64,000 nt of DNA from positions 168,001 to 232,000 of the forward strand of contig CAWFNT010000004.1 of NCBI GenBank assembly GCA_963817255.1. The letters run 5' to 3'. A program made the translations under genes and the position numbers. Positions 1-10,813 of this stretch are shown here, piece after piece. Origin of the DNA: an uncultured Actinomycetes bacterium (GTDB lineage Bacteria > Actinomycetota > Coriobacteriia > Anaerosomatales > CAVRZR01). Position 1 is the stretch's first letter. Each line of letters opens with the position of its first letter. Below the pieces are notes generated by a model. The model was not told the origin of the DNA and did not search any database. It saw only the letters and a program-made list of their open reading frames with translations.

Positions 1-200
1 AGATCGCCTCGCTGGCTGGAGAGGACGCCGTCTGCATCGGCAGTGACTGGGGTTCGACCGGGATGGGCGAGCTTGGAGACACCGCGTCCCTTGACGGGTT
101 GGTGAGTGCCGTCGCCGGCAGCTTCGGTCCAGAGCTCGCCGAGAAGTTCGCTTTCGCCAACGCCGATGCATTCCTCCGTGATCACCTGCCCTCGCGGTAG
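1..200 (+). CDS. 3' end of a membrane dipeptidase (peptidase M19)-like gene, truncated by the window edge
   Basis: Frame 3 is open from the window edge to TAG at 198-200. The translation ..IGSDWGSTGMGELGDTASLDGLVSAV..FANADAFLRDHLPSR resembles the C-terminal GSDFDG region of renal-type dipeptidases. Confidence 0.45.
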   Translation, partial: IASLAGEDAVCIGSDWGSTGMGELGDTASLDGLVSAVAGSFGPELAEKFAFANADAFLRDHLPSR

Positions 201-287
201 CGGCGCACTGAGTCACACCAAGGCCGGATAGGCGCACGAGCGCGGGCCTTCCGCGCGTTCGGGGAAGAATCACAAGCACGACCAGCA

Positions 288-1538
288 ATGGTCCCCTTGG
301 AGGACACCATGCCCCCAGCCTCACCCACCGAGCCGCCAGGTGCTTGCAGTCCCGAACTCGGGCGAACGCCGACCGAGAACGCGCTGCTGCACCGTGTGAA
401 CGATCGTGTCCCCGGTTCATCGCACGTTGGCAATACGGCCGTCGTCTACTGCGAAGCGAACTTCGGCGCGATTGACGGCAAGACCGCCAACGGCCTGGTG
501 CGCTACTCCGAGAAGTACGAGATCCTCTCGGTGATCGACAGTGAGAAGTCGGGTCTCGATGCTGGAGAAGTGCTCGGCGACGAACCGAACGGGATTCCGA
601 TCTGCGCAAGTCTCGCCGACGCGATCGCACTGGCAGGGCGTGTTCCCGACTTCTTCGTCTTTGGGATGGCACCCTCGAGTGGAATGCTCTCGCCCCCCGA
701 GCGTCGGGTGATGCTCGAAGCCATCAGCCTCGGTATCAACATCGTCAACGGTCTTCACGAGTTCCTGAACGACGACCCGGAGTTCTCGGCGGCGGCCGAG
801 GCGCACAACGTGACGATTCTCGACATCCGTCGGCCGCACGAGAAGAAGAACCTCCGGATGTTCAGCGGCAGGATCGCGCAGGTCACGTGTCCACGCATCG
901 CGGTACTCGGCACCGACAGCGCGATCGGCAAGCGGACGACTGCGACGATACTCACGCGATCGCTCAACGATCGCGGAATCAAGGCGGTCCTGGTCGGCAC
1001 GGGCCAGACCGCCCTCATCCAGGGCGCCCGGTACGGCGTCGCGCTCGACGCCATCCCGTGCCAGTTCTGCTCGGGCGAGATCGAAGCCACTGTGGTGGAG
1101 GTCTTTCAGGCCGAGCACCCGGACGTGATCGTCATCGAAGGGCAGGGCGCGCTGAGTCATCCGGCCTATCTGTCATCGAGCTTCATCCTGCGAGGTAGCC
1201 AGCCCGACGCGGTCATCTTGCAGCATGCCCCGGCGCGTCAGTGTCTGAGCGACTTCCCCGCCCTGCCGATGCCGACTCCCGCGAGCGAGATCAACCTCAT
1301 CCAAACCTTCGTCGACACGAAGGTCGTTGGCCTTGCGATCAACCACGAGCACATGACCGACTCCGAGGTGACTGCGGCAATCGCACTCTACGAGTGCGAG
1401 CTGGGCATCCCTGCCACGGACGCCCTCACGAGATCACCGGATCGGTTGGTCGACATGGTGCTACGCGCCTTCCCCGAGCTCGAACCGAAGCCCGTCACAG
1501 GTGCGGCCCAACTGCCCAGACCGCACCACGGGCGCTAG
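288..1538 (+). CDS. DUF1611 family protein (DgcN-like N-acetyltransferase family)
   Basis: 416-aa ORF containing CEANFGAIDGKTANGLVRY and the P-loop-like IAVLGTDSAIGKRTTATIL typical of DUF1611. The true start may be GTG at 396, because the first ~35 aa are not family-like. Confidence 0.8.
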   Translation: MVPLEDTMPPASPTEPPGACSPELGRTPTENALLHRVNDRVPGSSHVGNTAVVYCEANFGAIDGKTANGLVRYSEKYEILSVIDSEKSGLDAGEVLGDEPNGIPICASLADAIALAGRVPDFFVFGMAPSSGMLSPPERRVMLEAISLGINIVNGLHEFLNDDPEFSAAAEAHNVTILDIRRPHEKKNLRMFSGRIAQVTCPRIAVLGTDSAIGKRTTATILTRSLNDRGIKAVLVGTGQTALIQGARYGVALDAIPCQFCSGEIEATVVEVFQAEHPDVIVIEGQGALSHPAYLSSSFILRGSQPDAVILQHAPARQCLSDFPALPMPTPASEINLIQTFVDTKVVGLAINHEHMTDSEVTAAIALYECELGIPATDALTRSPDRLVDMVLRAFPELEPKPVTGAAQLPRPHHGR

Positions 1539-1561
1539 AGGGATCCACGCTGAAGCGCCGG

Positions 1562-3091
1562 CTAGCGCGCGGTTCGCGCCGTCGTGGTCGCGCTCGTGTG
1601 TCCTGCGAAGGCGGGCATGTACAGCCGCCACTTGAGCGAGGAACCGCTGCGACTCATCATCGCCCGCGCCGTGAACGTGCCGTTGTCCTTGATCTCGAAG
1701 AAGCCGAGCGTCGTCCATTTGCCGCGCGAGTACGTCTGCATGCCGACGCTCGTGTCCTCGCCGTAGCGGCCCTTGTACCCCTTGACTCCTCGGGAGACCG
1801 ACGTGGGATTGACTCGCCCGTCGACGTAGAGCTGTCGCAATTTCCGGTCCTGAGGGTGCGTCCACATACGTGTCTTGGTCACCGCGATGCTGAACCGGCC
1901 CGAGCCGGTCGACTTCGACCAGTAGATGCGGTAGTTCTGGTTCGTTGTCGAGGCTGGGTCCCTTCGGCGAGCAGCCAGGTAGTACGTTCCGGCAGCACCG
2001 GCCGGCACCCTATACGTGAGTACGGGTGGATACCCGTAGGTCAGCGCCCCGTTGAACGCGTCGAAGATGAAGAACGGGAACGCCTTGCCCGCTTGGCGCG
2101 CCACCGGAGTCGTGGCAGGTGCGAATCCCGCACCCGGCTTGAAGAGCACGATCTCACGTTTCGTCGGGGCGACTGGTCCGGAACCGCTACTGCCTGTGGG
2201 CAGCCATGCCGAGATGACGTCGCCCACGGCGAGCGTCACTCGGTACGCCACCGAGTGGTCGAAGAGGTCGTACTGTGCCGATGAATCGCCATACGAGACC
2301 AGGCCCTGTTTGGTGAGTAGTGGGAGTCCGCTGTCGGGGTCGCCGTCGAGCTGCGCGTACTCCGTCGCGCTCGCGGTCACGGTCGTAGGCTCGCTGAACG
2401 TGCCTTCGGTGCTCTGGGCGAACAGGGTGTAGTAGTACCTTCGGTCGTTGGTGACCTTGGTGTCGACGAGCCGACCTGCCTTGCCCTCGTAAGCGAGCTG
2501 CTGGCCGGGCACGATGGCAGGGGAGGTCGCAAACGCAGCGGTCGACCTCAAGACACGCGTCGATTTGAAGTCGGCGTCGGGGGGATCGCCCCACGTGAGC
2601 TCGATGACGTGATCGCCCCCATCGACCGATGGCTGCTCGTTCACCCCTCCGATGCCCGGAGTGACCGATGCCATCGCGGGTCCGACCCAGCCCTCGCTCA
2701 TGCTGTCGGCGTTGATGACCGAGAAGAAGCCGGTGTAGTAGTAGGTCGTGCCGTTCTTGAGCCCCGTGTCCGTGATGATGCCTGAGTTTGACTGCCCCTC
2801 GAGATCGAGCTCGGTCTGCCCAGTCCCTCCCACGACAGATGCAGCGTATCCAAGCTCGGAGCGGAATATCTTGACCCCCGTGTACACACTTGCGTCATCC
2901 GGGGCGAAGTACCAGGAGACCTCTGCGGCATGCGATCCGCCGCGCGATGCTCTCAGCGAGAGCGTGGCCTCTGCTACAGCCTGTGAGGGGACGACGAGGG
3001 CGAGAACGGAGAAGGCCGCGGTCAGCGAGACCGCAAGTGCGACCGCGATTCCGCAAGCGGCCGCGAGCGGAGCAATCCGAGTACGTCGCAT
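1562..3091 (-). CDS. secreted protein with two FN3-like domains and a C-terminal beta-sandwich module
   Basis: ATG at 3091 is preceded by GGGAAGGGG. The signal peptide is MRRTRIAPLAAACGIAVALAVSLTAAFSVLALVVPSQAVA. FN3 hallmarks are GTTYYYTGF and DRRYYYTLF. The upstream part of the 660-aa ORF has no coding character. Confidence 0.75.
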   Translation of the reverse strand: MRRTRIAPLAAACGIAVALAVSLTAAFSVLALVVPSQAVAEATLSLRASRGGSHAAEVSWYFAPDDASVYTGVKIFRSELGYAASVVGGTGQTELDLEGQSNSGIITDTGLKNGTTYYYTGFFSVINADSMSEGWVGPAMASVTPGIGGVNEQPSVDGGDHVIELTWGDPPDADFKSTRVLRSTAAFATSPAIVPGQQLAYEGKAGRLVDTKVTNDRRYYYTLFAQSTEGTFSEPTTVTASATEYAQLDGDPDSGLPLLTKQGLVSYGDSSAQYDLFDHSVAYRVTLAVGDVISAWLPTGSSGSGPVAPTKREIVLFKPGAGFAPATTPVARQAGKAFPFFIFDAFNGALTYGYPPVLTYRVPAGAAGTYYLAARRRDPASTTNQNYRIYWSKSTGSGRFSIAVTKTRMWTHPQDRKLRQLYVDGRVNPTSVSRGVKGYKGRYGEDTSVGMQTYSRGKWTTLGFFEIKDNGTFTARAMMSRSGSSLKWRLYMPAFAGHTSATTTARTAR

Positions 3092-3468
3092 GTGGAACCC
3101 CTTCCCACCCCCGCAGCTCGTTCCTCCCGGAACCGAGGCGAGTTGGGTGCAGGGTGTTCCATCTTTGCTGGGGATGAGTGCGAGCATCCTGCACAGCTGT
3201 TTCGGCGAAGTGCCGTGTCGCCACTCTACTCCTAGCGGTCCTCGTAGCGAGCGCGCGCTACTCCATGCGATTCGGTCGAGGGCGCGGGGTGGGGCCCAGG
3301 ATTCGTCGATGCGGACACGGGCTGGGTGACCGGCTCCTTCGAACAGGATGAGAACTGGAACTACACCTACTACGTCCTCAAGACGCCAGCCGCGACCCCC
3401 ACAGTCGAGGCTTCGGTCCTTATCAGCCTCCCGCAAGATCAGGGCTTGGCCGACCGCGATGGGACCAC

Positions 3469-3966
3469 ATGTCATATCCTGTTCACGCGGATCCCCCTTG
3501 CCGTGTTGCCGGACACACTCCTGGAGGTCCTTTGCTTCGCACACTCATTCTGCTCACGACCGGAACGGCTCTCGCCCTCTACGCCCTCGCTCACTTCGTC
3601 TCTCCGCTCCTCGCCGAACGCCTCATAGACGCCTCGTCGATGGCGCGATTCGACAGCACTTCCTCGCTGCATACGATGGTGATCTTGGTCGCGTTCGGCG
3701 TGGTATTGATCGTCGCCGCAACGCTCGTTGCGCGTTCGACGAAGCTGCGTGGCTGGCGCGTCGCGTTGACGGCGGTGGTCGCGACAGTCGCTTCAGTCGC
3801 GGTGGCTGTCGGGGCGGACTGGCTGCTGAGCTTCTGGTCGGTCACTGAGGAGTCTGGCCTCTCGTCCGCGCCTGTCAGCATCGCTCTCGCCATCGTGTGG
3901 TCGGTCGCGCTCGTGTTCGTCTCGTGGCTCGTTGCGAGTGTCCTTGCAAGGTCGGCTGTGCGATGA
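3469..3966 (+). CDS. hypothetical integral membrane protein (about 4 TM helices)
   Basis: ORF with four hydrophobic stretches (LILLTTGTALALYALAHF, MVILVAFGVVLIVAATLV, VALTAVVATVASVAVAV, IALAIVWSVALVFVSWLVASVL). An alternative TTG start at 3532 follows GGAGG. Confidence 0.5.
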   Translation: MSYPVHADPPCRVAGHTPGGPLLRTLILLTTGTALALYALAHFVSPLLAERLIDASSMARFDSTSSLHTMVILVAFGVVLIVAATLVARSTKLRGWRVALTAVVATVASVAVAVGADWLLSFWSVTEESGLSSAPVSIALAIVWSVALVFVSWLVASVLARSAVR

Positions 3967-4236
3967 CTCAAGACTCGACCTCGACGCCGGTACACGGCGC
4001 AGGCACAGGCCCCGCGCTCTCGCGAGGGCTAGCGAACGCATGGACCGGCGGGTGGGCGGTCATGGCATCAGAAGCACCAGCAGACGAGTGTCGTCGATCG
4101 CTCCCCCACGGCGAACACGGGGACGTGTTGGGCTTGACCAGGGACGTGTTTCGGCCGATAAGGATTGAGTAAGATACACATTCGTGAATCGGTTCCGCCG
4201 GTCGCGTGGAAGCGGCTCCCGTGGAAGGGGTTTGCC

Positions 4237-5980
4237 ATGCGTCGTTATCGCACCCGCCGAACAATCAGTACTCTGCTGGTCCTTCTGCTCGCAACATCGC
4301 TCGCTTTCGGGGCCGTCGCGGCGTTTGCCGATCCCGCGGAGTCCACCCGAGCCGACGCCCCTGACGACAGACCGAATCCTCGTGAAGTTCTCACCGCAGG
4401 CCTCGGCGGCGGAGATCGGCTCCACGAACGTTCGCGAAGGCGCGCGAGAGCTGGGCCGGATCAATCGGCTGGGCGTGCGGATCATGTCGGTGCCGAAGGG
4501 CTACAGCGCCGAAGCGGCCGCTCGCGCCTACTCGGCTGACCCGAATGTCGTGTTCGCCGAGCCGGACTACAGGGTGCACGCGAGCCTCGTGCCCAACGAC
4601 CCCTACTACTCCTACGAGTGGGGTATGCCGAAGATCTCGGCGCCTACTGCTTGGAGCACGACCACCGGTTCGTCCGGGGTCACCATCGCGATCGTCGACA
4701 CGGGAGTCGACTCGAGCCAGCCCGACCTGGCCGGCCGGGTCGTCGCCGGGTATGACTTCGTGAATTCGGACGCCAATCCCGCCGACGACAACGGTCACGG
4801 GACCATGTGCGCCGGGGTCATTGGAGCCAATGGCAACAACGCTCGCGGAGTCGCGGGCATGGACTGGGCAGCTCGGCTGCTCGCGATCAAAGTGCTCGAC
4901 TCGACGGGCAGCGGCTACTTGAGCACTGTTGCGCAGGGGATCACGTATGCCGCCGACAGCGGCGCGCGGGTCATCAGCATGAGTCTTGGTGGGGCATCGG
5001 GCAGCACCACCCTCCAGAGCGCGGTCGACTACGCGTACGGCAAGGGGTGCCTGCTTGTCGCCGCTTCAGGCAACGACGGCAGGAGCACTCTCAGCTACCC
5101 CGCGGCATATCCCAGCGTCGTCGCCGTCGGGGCCACCGACAGGAATGACGCGCTGGCCTCGTTCTCGAACTACGGTGCCGCTCAAGATGTGGTGGCTCCG
5201 GGAGTCAGCATCGCCACCTCCGCCATGGGTGGGTCGTACGTGTACTTCTCGGGCACGTCCGCGGCGACACCGTTCGTCGCCGGCCTTGCCGGACTGCTTC
5301 TCGCGGCGAACCCCGCGCTAACGAACGCCGCGGTTGAGAGTGCGATTCGTGCGGGCGCAAAGGACCTCGGTTCTGCCGGCTGGGACTCGAGGTACGGGTG
5401 GGGACGGATCGACGCTGCACGCACGCTGGCGGCAATAGGGACGCCGGCGGATACCGTTACCATCTCGAGCGCTGGCGCGAGTCCGAACCCGGCGACCCTC
5501 GGCCAGAGCGTCACGTTCACCTCTTCGGCGAGTGACTCGCAGTCCCACGCGATCACCTACCAGTGGAGCGAGGGCGCGACGGTGCTCTCGAACGCGCAAT
5601 CGTTCTCGACTTCGCTGCTGACTGCTGGCACGCACACGGTCACGCTGAAAGCGACCTGCGCGAACGGCGCGAGTGCAACCCAGCCCGTGAGCGTGGTCGT
5701 CAACCCGGTCAGCACGGACGTCGTTACGGCGACGATCGTGTCGGTGAGCCCCAATCCCGCGAACTTGTGGAGGAATATCACCTTCACCGGCAGCGCCACC
5801 GACTCGGCCGGCCACGCTATCAATGCCTACGAGTGGAGCGAGGGCACTACGATCCTGTCCAGGTCTGCGAAGTTCAGCACGTTCACTCTGAGGCGAGGTA
5901 CTCACACCATCAGCTTCAGGGCGCGGTGCGCCAGTGGCGTGTGGTCCCCGAAGGTCAGCGTGAGCGTTGTCGTGAGGTAG
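4237..5980 (+). CDS. secreted subtilisin-like serine protease (S8) with I9 propeptide and two C-terminal PKD-like repeats; frameshifted in this assembly
   Basis: Catalytic motifs are VDTGVD, HGTMCAGVIGA and GTSAATPFVAG. The signal peptide MRRYRTRRTISTLLVLLLATSLAFGAVAAFA (ATG 4237 after GGAAGGGG) is in a different frame from the protease body. Deleting one C from the C-run at 4358-4361 joins them (..ADALTTDRILVKF..). There are two about 75-aa tandem repeats (PNPATLGQSVTFTSSASDS.. / PNPANLWRNITFTGSATDS..). Confidence 0.85.
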
Positions 5981-6274
5981 GCTCGGCCGGGGGCCATATG
6001 GAAGCGCGAGCACCACTCACGGCCATAGGCGCAGTAGCCGGGACGCTGCGCAGAAAGCGCGTCCGAGCGGCCTAGGCGCCGGAGGAGCGTTTGTCGGCCG
6101 CGACTGAGAGAAGCGAGACCAACTCAGGCGGTTCGAAACCCCTGGTGCCCACTTCGACGTCTGCGTGACTGAGCAGCGACTTCTCTCGAGATGGGGGCCT
6201 CGTCGCGCTGGCGGTCCGGCTCGGGTGTATCGTTGCTTTGTCCGGCGCTCGATCATCCCGTGAGGGGGAGGACC

Positions 6275-7486
6275 ATGAGCCATGACCGGAGTCGCTCGGC
6301 GAGGCGCGCGGCGCTCGCATCTCTTGTGGCTGTCGTGCTGGTGCTTCCCGGGTGGGCAGCCGCCCTGCCTCGCGTCGTCGCGGAGGTGGGCCCCACCAGC
6401 ATGCTCACCCTCAAGCAGGATGCGATTGACGACACGCCGCGCGACTGGTTGAACGCGTGGGGGCTGTCTGCGACCAACTACGGACCCGGGCTGTTCTCAC
6501 GTCCGCGCGTCACCCTGCAGACGCCCATGAACTTCATGGGGTTCATGCCTGACGACCCCGGTGTCTTCACCGCGCAGCCGTCACTCGGCACGTACACATG
6601 GGACTACGGGTCTCTCGAGGTCGCCGAGGGGTACTTCGTTGCGATGTCCGGCAAGCAAGCGACCTCGACGGCCGCCCCGGGGTTCTCCGCGTCCCGGACT
6701 GTGGATCCATCGCGACTGCTGGGGACCGTGACCACCCAGACCGTGACGGTGAACGTGAGATTCGAGGACGCCCTGCCGGAGGGTACGAACTTGGTTACCG
6801 TCGGAATAGGGCAGCCCGCGATGGCCTATGGCGGCCATTCGCTCGTGGCGAGTACCTTCGTGACCCAGAATCCCACCCCAGACTGGATCTCCACCGGCGG
6901 CGTCACAGCGGCGGGTTGGCTGGCCGACACAAGCCTGTTGAAGATCGGGGTGACGTACCGCTTCCAGGCGACGATCAGAATCACTCGGCTGCAACAGATC
7001 GCCGGCTCACCTCTGTGCGTCCCCGGCGCAACCATCGGCATGCGACGGATCGACAAAGGACCAGAGGCGACGAGTACCTTGCTTGCGTTCACGCATCCCG
7101 ACGGCCCTACCGGCACCTTCGAGGCGACCAGTCCGGTCAATTGGCAGACGAACTACGTCCGATACAACCGCATCTTCTGGTTCGGCGAACGCGTCTCACC
7201 CGTGGCCAGCACCGTGACCCTGAAGGCGTCGTCGGCCTTGCGGCGTCCCGGCCAGGTCGTCACGATCTCCGGTCGCGTCTCACCGGGGTCGGGCCGAATC
7301 GCGCGGCTGCAGGAGCGCATCAGGGGCGTCTGGAAGACGAGGTCGCAGCAACCGGTCAAGAACGGAGCGTTCACCTTCAAGCGCGCCGAGAAGACCGCGG
7401 GACTCCGCATGTATCGAGTCTTCGTCCCGGCATCCGCGTTCGCTCCGTCTGTCGCCTCGAGGCCGCTATCGATTCGCTGGCGCTAG
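6275..7486 (+). CDS. secreted hypothetical protein with C-terminal beta-sandwich module
   Basis: ATG at 6275 follows GAGGGGGAG. The signal peptide is MSHDRSRSARRAALASLVAVVLVLPGWAAALP. No recognisable catalytic motif. Confidence 0.6.
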   Translation: MSHDRSRSARRAALASLVAVVLVLPGWAAALPRVVAEVGPTSMLTLKQDAIDDTPRDWLNAWGLSATNYGPGLFSRPRVTLQTPMNFMGFMPDDPGVFTAQPSLGTYTWDYGSLEVAEGYFVAMSGKQATSTAAPGFSASRTVDPSRLLGTVTTQTVTVNVRFEDALPEGTNLVTVGIGQPAMAYGGHSLVASTFVTQNPTPDWISTGGVTAAGWLADTSLLKIGVTYRFQATIRITRLQQIAGSPLCVPGATIGMRRIDKGPEATSTLLAFTHPDGPTGTFEATSPVNWQTNYVRYNRIFWFGERVSPVASTVTLKASSALRRPGQVVTISGRVSPGSGRIARLQERIRGVWKTRSQQPVKNGAFTFKRAEKTAGLRMYRVFVPASAFAPSVASRPLSIRWR

Positions 7487-7503
7487 ACGCCTGACACGCC
7501 TAG

Positions 7504-7809
7504 CGAATCGGCGCGGTCGCGCGTCGGACATCGCAGTCGCTCGGCCGTACTGGATGGTTCACCCTCTCGGCCGTCATCAAGGGGTGGGGTTCCAAGCCGG
7601 CGGCAAGCCGCTACGTCTACTTGCGGACGTCGACGAACGGCAGGACCTGGACGAACAGCTTCAAGATCAAGACGAGTTCTACGGGGAAGGCCGCGAAAGT
7701 GTTCGCGGTCAGAACCAAGCAGGTGCGCTACTTCTGGTGGTACGTGTTGGCACAGAGTCAGGTGAACCTGATGACCTACGGCCCGACCACCAAGGTGACG
7801 GTCAAATAG
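7504..7809 (+). pseudogene. orphan copy of the beta-sandwich module with no start codon or signal peptide (gene remnant or detached domain)
   Basis: The frame is open from the TAG at 7501 to TAG at 7807-7809. It encodes ..GWFTLSAVIKGWGSKPAASRYVYLRTSTNGRTWTNSFKIKTSSTGKAAKVFAVRTKQVRYFWWYV..KVTVK. This matches the W/G/Y-spaced pattern of the terminal modules of neighbouring secreted proteins. Confidence 0.35.
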
Positions 7810-7830
7810 GGCGCGACTACAACCAACGTA

Positions 7831-9726
7831 CTACCGCGACAGGGCCACCGCGATGGTCGCCCGCACTGCCTCGTAGGGAGCAGGCGTGGTCGGATAGGCA
7901 GGGAACGTGGGCCGGCCCGACATGATGACTCGTCTTCGGCGCACCGATGATGCGTTTCACCTGACGCATGGCGGTCGCTTTGCCGCTTCTGCTTCTCGAG
8001 CAGCTTCACGTACTCGTAGTCCTCGAGCCCGTCGCGCAGCGCCTCGAGCCTCAGGCTTCCGACGGGCGGTGCGTTCGGCACGGTGAGACCCAGCGTCGGG
8101 TAGTACCCGGGATACGTGAGCGAACCCTCGCCGTTTGCGCCGTACACCAGGCCGTGGCTGTTCTGGACCATGGACAGCGGGTCCTTGTACGGGTCACGGC
8201 CGCCAGTCGATCCGAGAGGGGCTTTGGTCCACCGGTTGATGCTGAAGTACATGAGCCCGTCGGCGCCCGTGTGGTAGACGAACCATCCCTGAGCGCGCGA
8301 ATCCGTGAGGGGCTTGTCGATGAGGTACATCGGCACGCCGCCCTGATGGGGCGTCTGGTGGGAGTAGATCCAGACGGATTTGCCCGCTCTTCTTAGCGGC
8401 ACGATCCATTTGGAGTAGTCGCGGTAGAAGAAGTGCAGCTTGTTGACGTATATGTCGACGTTCTTGAGCGGCCGGAAGTCGAAGTTGCCAGGGTCGATGG
8501 TCACGAGGAACTTCGCGCCTGGAGCGTAGCGGTGCGCGAACGCGCCGTAGCGCTCGACGAAGGCCTTCTTCGAACGGGTCGGCTCGTCGACGGCGTACAC
8601 GTACGCCTTCGAAATCCAGGGTGCGAGTGCCGCACGCATCGTCTGGTAGTAGCGCGCAGCGCTGCTTTGAGCTGCGGCGCTGGAGAACGGGTTCGTGATG
8701 TAGCTGGGCCGCGATTCTTGTTCGGGCATCCGAATCGAGTCGAAGGCGTACCGCTCCCCGTCGAACGTCGTCGCCTTGCCGGTGCTCAGGCAGTCGGCGA
8801 GGAAGTCGGTGCGGGCACGCATCGCCCCGCTGTTGTCCGGGGGTCGCCAGTCGCCTCCTCTGTCCCACGCCGGGAAGGTCGTCTGAGGCGAGATACGGTG
8901 CTCGCTCATGAGCTTGAACCACGGGCGCCAGTCGCTGTACATCTCGACGCCCCACTTCATGGACACGCCGAAGGCGGTCTTGAGAGATCGCTTACGGATT
9001 GAGAAGGGGTAGACCGTCAGCCGGACCGGGACACGGACCGCCGGATACGCGCCGCCGCTACCGCGCGCGGTCAGCGTGAGCGTGCCCTCGTATATCCCTG
9101 GCGGGAGTGCGATCGGGGACGTTGAACAGCACGTAGAAGGGTTGCGTGCGCCCGGCGGCGATGCTGCGGAAGGTCGAGTCGGGGGTCGTTCCGCGACGCC
9201 AGCCGAGGCGCTCCCCATTCGAGAGCGTCATCGGGACAAGAGGATCCGGCTGCCACCCTTTGCGGGAGTACCCGTAGGAGGGTTTGCTGATGTAGACATC
9301 CTGGACCTTGTAGACAGAGATCGCCGACGTGGGAATGACACTCGGGCTCGAGGCGCCGCTCCGAAGCGTGAGCACCGATGGTTCGATCCAAAGATCGGTG
9401 ACCGTGCCCGACAGCGGACGGATCGCGACCTGGCGTCCCTCGTATTCGGCCTGCGCAGCGGATAGCTTCAAGGACCCCACCGGGGACGGCGAGGCCGACG
9501 AAGCGCGCCCGAAAGCGCTGGGGAGTCCGCTCGTGCGGTAGACCTTGTCCTGTGCGCGCGCGAACCAGTAGGCGTAGTCCTGCGCAAGGGCGCTGGGCAC
9601 GGCTGAGAACGCGAACGCCGCACAGAGAGCTGCGGCAGTGAATGCTAAACGGAACCGCCGAACCGGCACGTTGCTCCCCCCCGGCGCGAAATCGGGCAGC
9701 ACCCAGTATGACGGGGTGCACGACAT
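7831..9726 (-). CDS. secreted DUF4091 / glycoside-hydrolase-like protein; at least 3 frameshifts in this assembly
   Basis: The signal peptide is ..VPVRRFRLAFTAAALCAAFAFSAVPSALAQ. The family-like C-terminal region is DKPLTDSRAQGWFVYHTGADGLMYFSINRW..NGEGSLTYPGY..LRLEALRDGLEDYEYVKLL. Fragments 9058-9801 and 7776-9218 join if one G is removed from run 9115-9118 (..FNVPIALPPGIYEGTLTLTA..). Two more +1 shifts lie near 7979-7985 and 7916-7918, giving a TAG stop at 7831-7833. Confidence 0.7.
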
Positions 9727-9859
9727 GGCGGTCAAGTGCGACAGTCCGGCGCGTGACGCACCCGAAGGGCGTCGCCCGCTACGTGCGGCGTCGCGGTGCA
9801 CGGCTTGCTGTTAGTCTCGTCGTGAACTCAGATCAACTCTGAAGAGGCGAGACACCCCG

Positions 9860-10813
9860 ATGTACCACGACGTAGACCGGCCGAGCGCCACACGCATGGC
9901 GCTCACCTTCATGGGCATAGTCGCCGCAATCGTATTGGTGATCGCGGCGAGTTCATTCGCGCTCGGAAGTCTCGGGAAGTCGGACACACCTGCGGCCGTC
10001 GTCTCGCCGCCTCCTACTTCGTCCGCCGCCTCAACGGTCGCGCCTACGACGACGGCGAGTCCGTCCGCGACCTCCTCGGCGTCCGGAAGCCTCTCTTCCG
10101 CATCGGCGAAACCGAAGGCGGTTCCCTCGGCGAAGCCGGTCGCACCTGCGAATCCCGTCCCGCCGACCACTCAGATCGTCAGCTCGGGCGTCGTGGTGAT
10201 CGATGCCGGACACCAGGCACGGGCTGACACAAGCCTCGAACCCATCGGTCCCGGATCCACCGAGAAGAAGCCGAAGGTGGCTGGCGGTGCGACGGGAGTC
10301 GTGGCTCCCCGCGTGCCGGAAAGCGAAATCAACCTCGCGGTCGCGCTCAAGCTCCGGTCGGCGCTCGAGGCCGGCGGGGTGAAGGTCATCATGGTGCGCA
10401 CGAGCCAGGACGTGAACATCGCCAACTCCGAACGGGCGGCGGTCGCGAACGAGGCGGGCGCAGCTCTGTTCGTCCGACTGCATTGCGACGGCATCGACAA
10501 CAGCACGACGCACGGTCTCTCGACGCTCGTGCCGGCTCGTAATCAGTGGACGGGGCCGATCCTCGCCAAGAGCTCGAAGGCAGGTAAGCTCGTTCACGAG
10601 GCGGTGATCGCAGCGACCGGCGCGACCGACCGGGGTATCGTCGGCCGAAGCGACATGTCGGGCTTCAACTGGTCCAAGGTCCCGACGGTCCTCGTCGAAA
10701 TGGGCTTCATGTCGAACTCCGCCGAGGACAGGCTTCTGAACACCCCCTCCTACCAGCAGAAGCTCGCTGAGGGTTTGGCGCGCGGCATCGAGGAGTACCT
10801 CCGGACACAGTAG
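9860..10813 (+). CDS. N-acetylmuramoyl-L-alanine amidase (Amidase_3) with N-terminal membrane anchor and Ala/Ser/Pro linker
   Basis: Motifs are VVVIDAGHQ, ANEAGAALFVRLHCDG and VLVEMGFMSNSAED. The N-terminal TM is ALTFMGIVAAIVLVIAASSFALG. Confidence 0.85.
   Translation: MYHDVDRPSATRMALTFMGIVAAIVLVIAASSFALGSLGKSDTPAAVVSPPPTSSAASTVAPTTTASPSATSSASGSLSSASAKPKAVPSAKPVAPANPVPPTTQIVSSGVVVIDAGHQARADTSLEPIGPGSTEKKPKVAGGATGVVAPRVPESEINLAVALKLRSALEAGGVKVIMVRTSQDVNIANSERAAVANEAGAALFVRLHCDGIDNSTTHGLSTLVPARNQWTGPILAKSSKAGKLVHEAVIAATGATDRGIVGRSDMSGFNWSKVPTVLVEMGFMSNSAEDRLLNTPSYQQKLAEGLARGIEEYLRTQ

Noticed and set aside
6100-6147. tRNA-like T-loop motif (..CAGGCGGTTCGAAACCCCTGGTGCCCA) in the intergenic region after the S8 protease gene. 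It is the source of the GFEP-containing antisense ORF.
   Set aside because: I could not build a cloverleaf. The T-stem needs a bulge or a C-C mismatch. No complementary 5' acceptor strand (CACCAGG/GGGCACC) lies within 70-100 nt upstream, and there is no plausible anticodon arm. I also tried a tRNA-Sec-like long form and it failed. At most this is a decayed tRNA 3' fragment.
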